Assembly: GCA_018061035.1 (NCBI GenBank)
Contig: JAGOUX010000002.1
Location: forward strand, 24,722-88,721
Length of the DNA stretch: 64,000 nucleotides
Direction: 5' to 3'
Source: Minisyncoccota bacterium
GTDB lineage: Bacteria > Patescibacteriota > Minisyncoccia > Phycocordibacterales > UBA9973
The notes beneath the pieces are model-generated. The model saw only the letters and a list, made by a program, of their open reading frames with translations, was not told the origin of the DNA and did no database searches. Position numbers and translations under genes: made by a program. Shown in pieces: positions 17,197-25,738 of the stretch; position 1 is the stretch's first letter, and each line of letters opens with the position of its first letter.

Positions 17197-19635
17197 ATGC
17201 CTAAACAACCCACGCAGAAGACCAAAACGCTTGTTCTCCTAGACTCTCATGCGATAATCCATCGCGCGTATCATGCGTTGCCTGAATTTCTTTCCTCTTC
17301 TGGGGAGCCGACAGGTGCACTGTATGGACTTTCGACAATGATTATGAAGATCATTACCGACCTCAAGCCGGACTATATTGTGGCTTGTTACGATCTTCCT
17401 CAGAAAACATTTCGTCATGAAGCATACGATGCTTATAAGGCGGGCCGAGCGAAAACAGATGATGCTCTGATTGTACAGCTCAAAAAATCAAGGGAAATAT
17501 TCAATGCATTCAATATACCGATTTATGACGCACCCGGATTTGAGGCCGATGATGTGTTGGGAACAATTGTTTCTATACTAAAGAAAGATAAAAATGTAAA
17601 TATAATCATTGCTTCAGGTGATATGGACACCATGCAACTTGTCGACGGCAAGAAAGTGCAGATCTACACTCTTAAGAAGGGGATCAACGATACTATACTC
17701 TACGATGAAGATAAGGTAGTAGAACGTTTTGGGTTTAAGCCAATTCTTCTCCCAGACTACAAAGGCTTGCGAGGTGATCCATCCGACAACATTATCGGTA
17801 TCAAAGGCATAGGAGAGAAGACAGCCACGAACCTCATCACAACATTTGGCACTATTGAAGAAATATATAAAAAGTTGAAAAAAGATAGCACTGCGCTTAA
17901 GGCAGCCGGACTTACCCCACGATTAGCTGAGCTTATAAAAGAAAACGAAGAGGAGGCAATGTTTTCCAAAACTCTCGCGACGATTAGAAGGGACGCACCA
18001 GTGGATTTTTCTTTGCCCGAGAAAACTTTTTGGGAGAATTCTGATTTGAAAAAAATTGAGAAAGTTTTTATTCAATTCGAGTTTCGATCTTTATTTGCTC
18101 GATTAAAAAGTTTTTTTAGTAATGGAGAAGGAAAGACTGAGAAGGAGATAAAGAAAGAAATCACAGTGGCCGGAAGTGCCTCCTCAATGTTTGGTGATGG
18201 TACAAAAACTCCGGCTCCTGATAGTGTAAAATTACAAGAAGCGAGTATTGCATTATGGCTGGTTAATTCTGATATTAGTAATCCAACGATCGAAGACATT
18301 CTCATGTTTGGCAAAACAGCATCTTTCGACACAGCATATGACCTTATTTTTAAAAAACTTAAAGAAAGAAATCTCGAGAAAGTATACGAAGAAATTGAGA
18401 AGCCCATCATCATAATAGTCAAAGAAATGGAGGAACACGGTATTCTCATAGATCAGAAATATTTTGAAGATCTTTCCAAGGAGTATCACAAAGAACTAGA
18501 GAGTCTTACTAAGAAGATTTATGCGTATGCGGGGACAGAATTCAATATCAATTCTCCTAAACAACTCGGGGAAGTCTTATTTGGAACTATGGGTATTAAA
18601 ATGCCGGGTAAAATAGCCAAAAAGAACGCAAGTGGAAATTTCTCAACCAAAGTTTCTGTTCTCGAAGAACTCGAGGAAGGCAATCCGATTATCAAAGAAA
18701 TTATGTCTTATCGTGAACTTCAAAAACTGGTGTCTACATATATAGATGTTATCCCTAAAATGGTAGGCGAAGACGGGCGACTTCATTCTAGGTTTTTACA
18801 AAATGCCACAACTACTGGCAGATTTTCTTCTATTGATCCTAATTTACAAAATCTGCCAATAAAAACTGAGTCCGGTCGTCGTATTAGAAACGGCTTCATT
18901 GCAGCGAAAGGCTACAAACTTTCAGCTTTTGATTATAGTCAAATAGAGCTTCGTGTCGCTGCAATATTGTCCGGCGACAAGAAAATGACGGAGATCTTTC
19001 GCCAGAAGGAAGATATTCATGCCGGCGTGGCCTCAATTGTCTTTGGTGTACCTATAGACAAAGTGGATAGGGAAATGCGTCGAAAAGCCAAAGTCATAAA
19101 TTTCGGCATTATTTATGGAATGGGAGTTTCAGCTCTCCGAAAAAACCTCGGTGGTACACGCGAAGAAGCACAAAAATTTTATAATGATTATTTTGAACAA
19201 TTCTCAGGAGTGCGGGATTATTTAGAAAGTGTAAAAAGGTCAGCCGAAAAGAATACATATATCGAAACACTCTTTGGGAGACGAAGATATTTTCCGAATA
19301 TTAATTCGAGGATACCATTCTTGAAAAATATGGCCGAGCGTACCGCTATCAATGCTCCGATACAGGGAACAGCTACCGCAGACATTATCAAGCTTGCTAT
19401 CAGATATGCGGATGATGATATTAAAAAGGCTGGACTTTCGAATAAGGTCCATCTCGCGCTCCAAATCCACGATGAACTTGTGTATGAGATAGAAGAGTCT
19501 GTTTTAGAAAAGGCAAATAGTATTATACAAAAAGCGATGGAGGGAGTTTTAGAGCGTTCCTTTCTTAAATATAAGACCGAGATACCACTAATCGTTCACT
19601 TTGGCTCAGGAAATAATTTTGGCGAAGTGAAATAA
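17197..19635 (+). CDS. polA: DNA polymerase I (5'-3' exonuclease + polymerase domains)
   Basis: N-terminal FEN-like domain (LLDSHAIIHRAYHAL, GIGEKTA) and Pol A motifs A/B/C (RRKAKVINFGIIYG, LQIHDELV). Confidence 0.9.
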   Translation: MPKQPTQKTKTLVLLDSHAIIHRAYHALPEFLSSSGEPTGALYGLSTMIMKIITDLKPDYIVACYDLPQKTFRHEAYDAYKAGRAKTDDALIVQLKKSREIFNAFNIPIYDAPGFEADDVLGTIVSILKKDKNVNIIIASGDMDTMQLVDGKKVQIYTLKKGINDTILYDEDKVVERFGFKPILLPDYKGLRGDPSDNIIGIKGIGEKTATNLITTFGTIEEIYKKLKKDSTALKAAGLTPRLAELIKENEEEAMFSKTLATIRRDAPVDFSLPEKTFWENSDLKKIEKVFIQFEFRSLFARLKSFFSNGEGKTEKEIKKEITVAGSASSMFGDGTKTPAPDSVKLQEASIALWLVNSDISNPTIEDILMFGKTASFDTAYDLIFKKLKERNLEKVYEEIEKPIIIIVKEMEEHGILIDQKYFEDLSKEYHKELESLTKKIYAYAGTEFNINSPKQLGEVLFGTMGIKMPGKIAKKNASGNFSTKVSVLEELEEGNPIIKEIMSYRELQKLVSTYIDVIPKMVGEDGRLHSRFLQNATTTGRFSSIDPNLQNLPIKTESGRRIRNGFIAAKGYKLSAFDYSQIELRVAAILSGDKKMTEIFRQKEDIHAGVASIVFGVPIDKVDREMRRKAKVINFGIIYGMGVSALRKNLGGTREEAQKFYNDYFEQFSGVRDYLESVKRSAEKNTYIETLFGRRRYFPNINSRIPFLKNMAERTAINAPIQGTATADIIKLAIRYADDDIKKAGLSNKVHLALQIHDELVYEIEESVLEKANSIIQKAMEGVLERSFLKYKTEIPLIVHFGSGNNFGEVK

Positions 19636-19707
19636 ATGTGGTTTTTGGAAAGAATTTCAATCACAATAGCTTTTGCAAAGCCATAAAATTGGGAGTACAA
19701 TAAAGAG

Positions 19708-20196
19708 ATGTACAGTTATAGCAAAATCACCACTTCAGAGATCGACGCAGCTATTTCTAAGAACGTCCATAGGGTCTTAGCTAGCTCATATACCGTATAT
19801 TTGGTGCTTTTTTTAGCGGGAGTTATTCTGGATATTATTTACCAGATAAAAATATTTATAAACCCCAACATTGGAATAATAGGAACAGTGTTTTTGGCAT
19901 TTGCGACACTACTTATCGTTTGGGCTCAAAATACTTCACGCAATCTAGATACAAAGAATATTAGCAAAGAGACATTCTGCAAGGGACCATATTGTTTTAC
20001 TCGTAGCCCAACCCACTGGGGACTTTTTATTTTAATGCTTGGTTTTGGGATCATAGCCAATGCTTTTTTTGTCGTGTTATTTACTATGATATCTTTTATT
20101 GTTACTAAAATAGTTTTCCTTAAAAAAGAAGAGCAAATGCTTGCTAATAAATACGGCAATCCCTATCGAGAATATAAGAAAGCTGTTCGACTCTAA
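19708..20196 (+). CDS. isoprenylcysteine carboxyl methyltransferase (ICMT/PEMT) family membrane methyltransferase
   Basis: C-terminal motif TRSPTHWGL...EEQMLANKYGNPYREYKKAV matches the ICMT family signature (RHPxY...EE..L...FG..Y..Y). Confidence 0.6.
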   Translation: MYSYSKITTSEIDAAISKNVHRVLASSYTVYLVLFLAGVILDIIYQIKIFINPNIGIIGTVFLAFATLLIVWAQNTSRNLDTKNISKETFCKGPYCFTRSPTHWGLFILMLGFGIIANAFFVVLFTMISFIVTKIVFLKKEEQMLANKYGNPYREYKKAVRL

Positions 20197-20850
20197 GTGT
20201 CTATGATTTATCTTTTCTACGGCAACGATATAAAAGCCAAACAGCATGCGTATGAGAAGTTTGTTGCCGGTATTAAAAAGGGGATAGATGTTGTGCCTAT
20301 CACCAGAAATACATTCGACAAAATGTCTGTTGAGAGTCTGTATTCTTCCTCGTCATTATTTTCAGCTAGGTCTGCTGTGTTGTTCTCAGGTATTTTAGAG
20401 TACGAAGAGACTCGAGAATTTATTTTAGAAAAATTACCTCTTATCGTAGATTCAGATAATATATTTGTATTCTTGGAAACCAAGCTCGCGAAGCCTATTG
20501 TCGATGCTTTTAAAAAGGTGAAAGCGGAGATCAATGTTTTTGAGTTACCCAAAGCAAAACTCGAAAAATTTGATAACTTTCTGATTGCCAATGCATTTGC
20601 GAATCGAGATAAGCTTAATCTTTGGATATATTTCAGACAAGCTGTAGATGCCGGAGTTGCCATGGAAGAACTCTCTGGTGTACTGTTTTGGAAGTTAAAG
20701 GATATGTTGCTTAAGAAAAACTTCATTAAGTTTAAAGAAATAGAACTGAAAAATTATATAGTAAAGCTCTCATATATCCTGCCGGATGCTCGCCAAAATG
20801 GGGTAGATGCCGAAGCCGCCTTTGAACAGTTTTTGCTTGAGGCGTTCTAA
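20197..20850 (+). CDS. holA: DNA polymerase III delta subunit-like (HolA-like, short)
   Basis: N-terminal IYLFYGND and SLFSARSAVLF motifs parallel HolA YLLLGND / SLFASRQTLLL; 217 aa, shorter than canonical HolA. Confidence 0.45.
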   Translation: MSMIYLFYGNDIKAKQHAYEKFVAGIKKGIDVVPITRNTFDKMSVESLYSSSSLFSARSAVLFSGILEYEETREFILEKLPLIVDSDNIFVFLETKLAKPIVDAFKKVKAEINVFELPKAKLEKFDNFLIANAFANRDKLNLWIYFRQAVDAGVAMEELSGVLFWKLKDMLLKKNFIKFKEIELKNYIVKLSYILPDARQNGVDAEAAFEQFLLEAF

Positions 20851-20890
20851 AACCTTGATTTTTGGCCTTATTTCCTATATATTTTCAAGT

Positions 20891-21040
20891 AAGCGCCGAT
20901 AGCTGTTTTGGTAAGTCGTTAGATTGTAAGCGCTGATAGCTGTTTTGGTAAGTCGTTAGATTATATGCGCCCATAGCTGTTTTGGTAAGTCGTTAGATTA
21001 TATGCGCCCATAGCTGTTTTGGTAAGTCGTTAGATTATAT
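20891..21040 (+). repeat. four tandem 36-40 bp repeats, each a degenerate copy of a tRNA 5' half (acceptor + D-arm: GCGCC[CG]ATAGCTGTTTTGGTAAGTCG) plus TTAGATTATAT
   Basis: Units at 20891-20926, 20927-20966, 20967-21003 and 21004-21040; the last two are identical. The array abuts the genuine tRNA-Lys 5' end. Confidence 0.7.
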
Positions 21041-21113
21041 GCGCCCATAGCTCAGCTGGTAGAGCAGATCCCTTTTAAGGATAAGGTCGTTGGTTCGATT
21101 CCAACTGGGCGCA
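21041..21113 (+). tRNA. tRNA-Lys (anticodon TTT)
   Basis: Cloverleaf by hand: acceptor GCGCCCA/TGGGCGC, D-arm GCTC-AGCTGGTA-GAGC, anticodon loop CTTTTAA, T-loop TTCGATT, discriminator A. Confidence 0.85.
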
Positions 21114-21126
21114 CAGAAAGAAAAAA

Positions 21127-21147
21127 ATCTCCCTGCGGAGATTTTTT
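21127..21147 (+). terminator. rho-independent terminator after tRNA-Lys
   Basis: ATCTCC-CTGC-GGAGAT hairpin followed by TTTTTT. Confidence 0.5.
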
Positions 21148-21282
21148 CGTTTCTGTGCGGACCACAGCGATGTTTTGTGAGTAAACAAAACCGCGAGGGG
21201 TGGGCTGCGAAAATTTTGAGTGGCGACGAGAAATTATTTGTAGCCACAAAAAAACTATTCCTGACCACAAAGTGCGACTTAA

Positions 21283-22896
21283 TTATTTAATATTTTGAGA
21301 TTTATAGTTGATTAAAAATTCATCAACATCTTCGGTATTGTTGGGATATAAATATAGGAGCCAGTGTCGGGCCATTTCATAATTATCTTGTGCTAGATGC
21401 AATGCTGATAGATTTTCTGCGGCACCTTGGTAGGGGAATTCCTGTCTCAGTGCTTCTAGATATAATTCTCGGGCTTTGGCAAGATTACCTTGTTTGAAAT
21501 ATACTAAACCTAGATTATTTATACCTTTTGAATATGTAGGCCTTATATTCATGGCGTATATCAACTCTTCTTCTGCTTTTTCGAGATTACCTCTTAGTAA
21601 ATATATTGCGCCCATGTTTGATCTCGCGATAACACTTTTGGGAGCGCAAATACTAGCCGAAGTAAATAATCGTTCTTCAGTGAGCCAAACACTCTGTCTT
21701 TGAGTGCTTCGTATTGTATATATAACGATTATTATCCAAAAGACTGTTAGAATAATTTTTCTAGCATTTTCTTTTTTAAATATAATTATAGTTTTATAAA
21801 GTAAGTATCCAAATATTATCGAAAATCCAAATGAAGGATAAAAGAAAAGTCTTTCTCCGGCTATAGTCCCAGTCGGAAAAAAAATATTTGATACTGGTAG
21901 GAATGAAAATATGAAGATACTTAACCCGAAAGAAATTAGAGGTTTTTTATTGAGATAAAATACAACTAAGAAAATTGAGGATAGAAATATTAGCAATCCG
22001 AATACGGCCCCTATGTCAGATAGATTGTGAATTATAGGTATTTGGTTGAAAGAATAATCCGAGCACAAGTTGATCGGAAAGATCATTTTAGAGACGTACA
22101 TAGATAGAACTTTAAAAGCAGTAGCAATTCTGCTCCACATATCGGTGAACATAAGAGGGTTTTCTATTATTGTAGTCTTAACACCCAAAAAGTTTGCTGA
22201 TCCAAGTGAAAAAAATCTAAGGACTAAGTAGAACTCTATGGCGATAACCATAGATGCGAGCTCTCTGAAATATTTCTTGAGTACATTTATGGTCAAAGAC
22301 CGTTCTTTTATAAACATTACCAACAATACGAGTGGTAGTGTGGCGAGTCCGGTTTCTTTACTGCCTATAGATAATAGGGTCCAAATACCAAGAAGCCAGA
22401 ACTTTGGCTTTATTTGGGCCATTTCTAGTAAAGCCAAAAGAGAAAACATAAGAGCCAAAAGCTCACTTCTACCCGTTATGTTGGCCACTACTTCTGTGTG
22501 AATAGGTAATACAAGGAATATCAAAGCTACTGCAAAAGCGATGACTTCATTTTCAAATAATTTTTTAATTAGAAGATATATAAATAAACAGATAGAAATA
22601 TATAAAAGAATATTTATGAAATGGAATCCAAAAGAGGAATTTCCAAGTGTCATAAAATTAAATGCATAGCTAAGCACAGTCACTGGTCGGTATAAACCAG
22701 ATTCAGGTGTCCAAAACGGAGTGAGTACGGCCTGGCTTAATCCTTGCGGTGTCGAGAGCATCTCTCGGTTGTTTAATATTTCACGGTCATCGTAGACAAA
22801 ATCTCCACTGAGAGACGCACCATATATGATGGTTACAAGGACAACAAAAATAATTAAAACTGTTGAATTTTTTTGGACGAAATTCCAAGAGAACAT
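21283..22896 (-). CDS. integral membrane glycosyltransferase family 39 (PMT-like) protein with C-terminal TPR repeats
   Basis: About 12 TM segments followed by TPR-like repeats (YSKGINNLGLVYFKQGNLAKARELYLEAL); a common architecture in Patescibacteria. Confidence 0.6.
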   Translation of the reverse strand: MFSWNFVQKNSTVLIIFVVLVTIIYGASLSGDFVYDDREILNNREMLSTPQGLSQAVLTPFWTPESGLYRPVTVLSYAFNFMTLGNSSFGFHFINILLYISICLFIYLLIKKLFENEVIAFAVALIFLVLPIHTEVVANITGRSELLALMFSLLALLEMAQIKPKFWLLGIWTLLSIGSKETGLATLPLVLLVMFIKERSLTINVLKKYFRELASMVIAIEFYLVLRFFSLGSANFLGVKTTIIENPLMFTDMWSRIATAFKVLSMYVSKMIFPINLCSDYSFNQIPIIHNLSDIGAVFGLLIFLSSIFLVVFYLNKKPLISFGLSIFIFSFLPVSNIFFPTGTIAGERLFFYPSFGFSIIFGYLLYKTIIIFKKENARKIILTVFWIIIVIYTIRSTQRQSVWLTEERLFTSASICAPKSVIARSNMGAIYLLRGNLEKAEEELIYAMNIRPTYSKGINNLGLVYFKQGNLAKARELYLEALRQEFPYQGAAENLSALHLAQDNYEMARHWLLYLYPNNTEDVDEFLINYKSQNIK

Positions 22897-22937
22897 CTTT
22901 TTATAATACCATTAACTGTGGTATAACTTTAATATAC

Positions 22938-25055
22938 ATGGCACAAAATAAAGTTTTTAACTTAAAAGGGCACTTCAAACCGGCCGGAGACCAGCCGAAG
23001 GCTATTTCTGAGCTTTTGACGGGCTTAAATAAAGGTATGCGCAAGCAAACTCTACTTGGTGCAACAGGAACAGGAAAGACCTTTACTATGGCCAATGTTA
23101 TAGCAGAACACAATAAACCGACCTTGGTTATTGCTCACAACAAGACTTTAGCCGCCCAGTTAGCTCAAGAGTTCCGAGAGTTTTTTCCAGATGCTGCGGT
23201 ACATTATTTTGTTTCTTACTACGACTATTACCAGCCGGAAGCCTACATGCCTGCATCTGATACATACATAGAGAAGGATGCTCAGATCAACAAAGAGATT
23301 GATCGCTTAAGGCATGCCTCTACACAGGCACTTTTGACTCGCTCTGATGTCGTCATTGTCGCTTCTGTGTCTTGCATTTACGGTCTCGGTTCTCCTGAGG
23401 AATACCAGAAAGTAAATATGAAATTGGATGTGGGAATGAAGATGGACCGCATGACTTTAATGAAAAAGCTGATAGAGATTCATTTTGAACGCACCAATGC
23501 GGATCTCAATCCTGCACAATTTAGATCAATTGGTGCGCGAGTAGAATTTATGCCAGTATCTGAAACGATTATGTATCAAGTGGAGTTTGCAGGTGGAAAA
23601 GTAGATAAAATAACTAAAGTTGATCCGATATCATCGCAAATAATTAAGGAAGAAGAAAGCATCTTCATTTTCCCAGCAAAACATTTCATCACCGAGGATG
23701 CAAAGGTGAAAGTAGCTCTCACTAATATCAAAAAAGAACTCGGGGCCCAGCTTAAAAAATTTGAGAAAGAAGGCAAGCTTCTAGAAGCCGAGAGAATTAA
23801 ACGTCGCACTAGTTACGACCTCGCTATGATTAAAGAAGTTGGTTATTGTAATGGTATCGAAAACTATTCTCGCCATCTTTCAGGCAAGAGTGAAGGGGAG
23901 CCGCCAGAAACTCTCATGTCATATTTCCCACATAAGGCAGATGGCACCCCCGACTTTCTGACTATAATCGACGAATCCCATGTAACCCTACCCCAACTTC
24001 ACGGTATGTATGCTGGGGACGCATCTCGTAAAAATACCCTTGTGGAGTACGGCTTTCGTTTACCTTCTGCTAAGGACAATAGACCACTAAAGTATCCAGA
24101 ATTTGAGGAGAGAATTGGTCAGGTGATATATACTTCTGCAACACCATCTAAGCTAGAGCGCGAAGAAAGTGAACAGATAGTAGAGCAGATTATCCGTCCT
24201 ACCGGTTTGATCGATCCAGAGACAATAGTCCGACCCGTGAGTGAGAAAGGAAATTACAAAGGCCAGATCATTGATTTCATTGCTGAGACTGAAAATACTA
24301 TCAAACGAGGTTTTCGTGTGCTTGCTACTACATTGACCAAGAAGATGGCGGAAGATCTTTCGAATTATTTAAAAGAGAAAAAAATAAAAGCTGAATATTT
24401 GCATAGCGATATTAAAACCATAGAAAGAATTCAAATTCTTACAAAGTTCCGAAAGGGGGACTTTGATGTGCTTGTGGGAGTGAACCTGCTCCGTGAAGGA
24501 CTTGATCTTCCCGAGGTGGCGTTGATTGGAATCCTTGATGCTGATAAAGCAGGCTTCCTTCGTTCTGAGACCTCTCTCATCCAAACCATTGGCCGTGCTG
24601 CACGAAACAGCGAAGGAAAAGTTATTCTATATGCGGATATCATGACTGATGCTATGGATTATGCGCTTAGGGAGACAGCTCGCCGACGCGAGACACAGCT
24701 TGCTTACAATAAAAAACACGGCATTACTCCAAAGACTATTCTCAAACAGATCAAAGACATTACCGAAGAGCTTGAGAGCGAGCACGGCAAGGCAGTGAAT
24801 GCGGAACTCGCTCTTGATGTGGAACTTTTCAAAAAAGCTTTTGCGAAAGACAAGAGCAATAAAGGGAAAAACGAATCTGACTCTATAAAAAACCTTTCAC
24901 TATCTGATGAAGAAAGGAATCTTTTGGTTTACGATAAAATAATCAAGATTAAGGAAAAGGAAATGAATAAAGCAGTAAAAGAGCTAGACTTTGAGACCGC
25001 GGCGATACTCCGAGATGAGATTGTGGTGCTAAAGACTAAGCTCGAAGTAAAATAA
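22938..25055 (+). CDS. uvrB: excinuclease ABC subunit B
   Basis: Helicase motifs (GATGTGKT, DESH), beta-hairpin region and C-terminal UVR domain; ATG at 22938 chosen (the ORF track begins at an upstream TTG). Confidence 0.9.
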   Translation: MAQNKVFNLKGHFKPAGDQPKAISELLTGLNKGMRKQTLLGATGTGKTFTMANVIAEHNKPTLVIAHNKTLAAQLAQEFREFFPDAAVHYFVSYYDYYQPEAYMPASDTYIEKDAQINKEIDRLRHASTQALLTRSDVVIVASVSCIYGLGSPEEYQKVNMKLDVGMKMDRMTLMKKLIEIHFERTNADLNPAQFRSIGARVEFMPVSETIMYQVEFAGGKVDKITKVDPISSQIIKEEESIFIFPAKHFITEDAKVKVALTNIKKELGAQLKKFEKEGKLLEAERIKRRTSYDLAMIKEVGYCNGIENYSRHLSGKSEGEPPETLMSYFPHKADGTPDFLTIIDESHVTLPQLHGMYAGDASRKNTLVEYGFRLPSAKDNRPLKYPEFEERIGQVIYTSATPSKLEREESEQIVEQIIRPTGLIDPETIVRPVSEKGNYKGQIIDFIAETENTIKRGFRVLATTLTKKMAEDLSNYLKEKKIKAEYLHSDIKTIERIQILTKFRKGDFDVLVGVNLLREGLDLPEVALIGILDADKAGFLRSETSLIQTIGRAARNSEGKVILYADIMTDAMDYALRETARRRETQLAYNKKHGITPKTILKQIKDITEELESEHGKAVNAELALDVELFKKAFAKDKSNKGKNESDSIKNLSLSDEERNLLVYDKIIKIKEKEMNKAVKELDFETAAILRDEIVVLKTKLEVK

Positions 25056-25120
25056 AAGAGGAACGACCGGATGGAACGTTGGTCGTCCTCCGGCCGTTGA
25101 TTAGCCCTTGCGGTAATTCT

Positions 25121-25480
25121 TTATCCTGCGGGAAGCTTGAAGTTGACCTTGACTGTCGTGGTGAACGATACGGCAACTTTGTTGAGAAGGAGTGGAAGAT
25201 ACTTCCACTGCAGCACAGCTTCACGTGCGGCTTGATCGAGGAGAGGTACAGACTTGATGACCTTGGCTTTGGTTACGTGCCCATATTTATCAACCACGAT
25301 TTCGAGCCAGACCTGACCTTCGGCCTTCGCTTCAAGAGCGGCAGCCGGGTAGACCGGTCTGACGTCTTTCCATTTTGGCGGCACCTTTACCGAGCCACTG
25401 TTTTCTTTGATTGCGGCAGGCGCGGTGGTGTAGACCACGAAAGCAAAAACGGCGAGAAATACCAAGCGGGTTCGGTTCAT
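25121..25480 (-). CDS. TonB C-terminal-domain protein with N-terminal signal/anchor, on a G+C-rich insert
   Basis: KVPPKWKDVRPVYPAAALEAKAEGQVWLEIVVDKYGHVTKAKVIKS...LDQAAREAVLQWKYLP matches the TonB_C fold signature; composition is visibly G+C-richer than flanking uvrB/uvrA. Confidence 0.5.
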   Translation of the reverse strand: MNRTRLVFLAVFAFVVYTTAPAAIKENSGSVKVPPKWKDVRPVYPAAALEAKAEGQVWLEIVVDKYGHVTKAKVIKSVPLLDQAAREAVLQWKYLPLLLNKVAVSFTTTVKVNFKLPAG

Positions 25481-25738
25481 GTCAGCTCCTTAGAAGAACG
25501 GTTACCAATTAAAATTTATATTATACTTTTTCGCAAAATATGTAAATGTGGTTAAAATTGGATCCAATTGACAGAATTTCAAATTAACAGGAGAAGTTGT
25601 TAATTTCATGATGGTTTCATTATTAATTAATATAAATTGAGTTTCTGTTATTTTCTGGTATAATGTTGATAGCCTAATATAGATATACACCCCCATAGAA
25701 TGTGGCCGGGTGTCATTCTGACGTTAAGCCTAAAACCT

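Noticed and set aside
20891-21040. Considered whether the tandem repeats are a CRISPR array (given the cas2-like and Csx3-like genes in the window)
   Set aside because: Units are contiguous with no unique spacers, are degenerate copies of a tRNA 5' half, and abut a tRNA gene. I found no repeat-spacer array anywhere in the intergenic regions I inspected.
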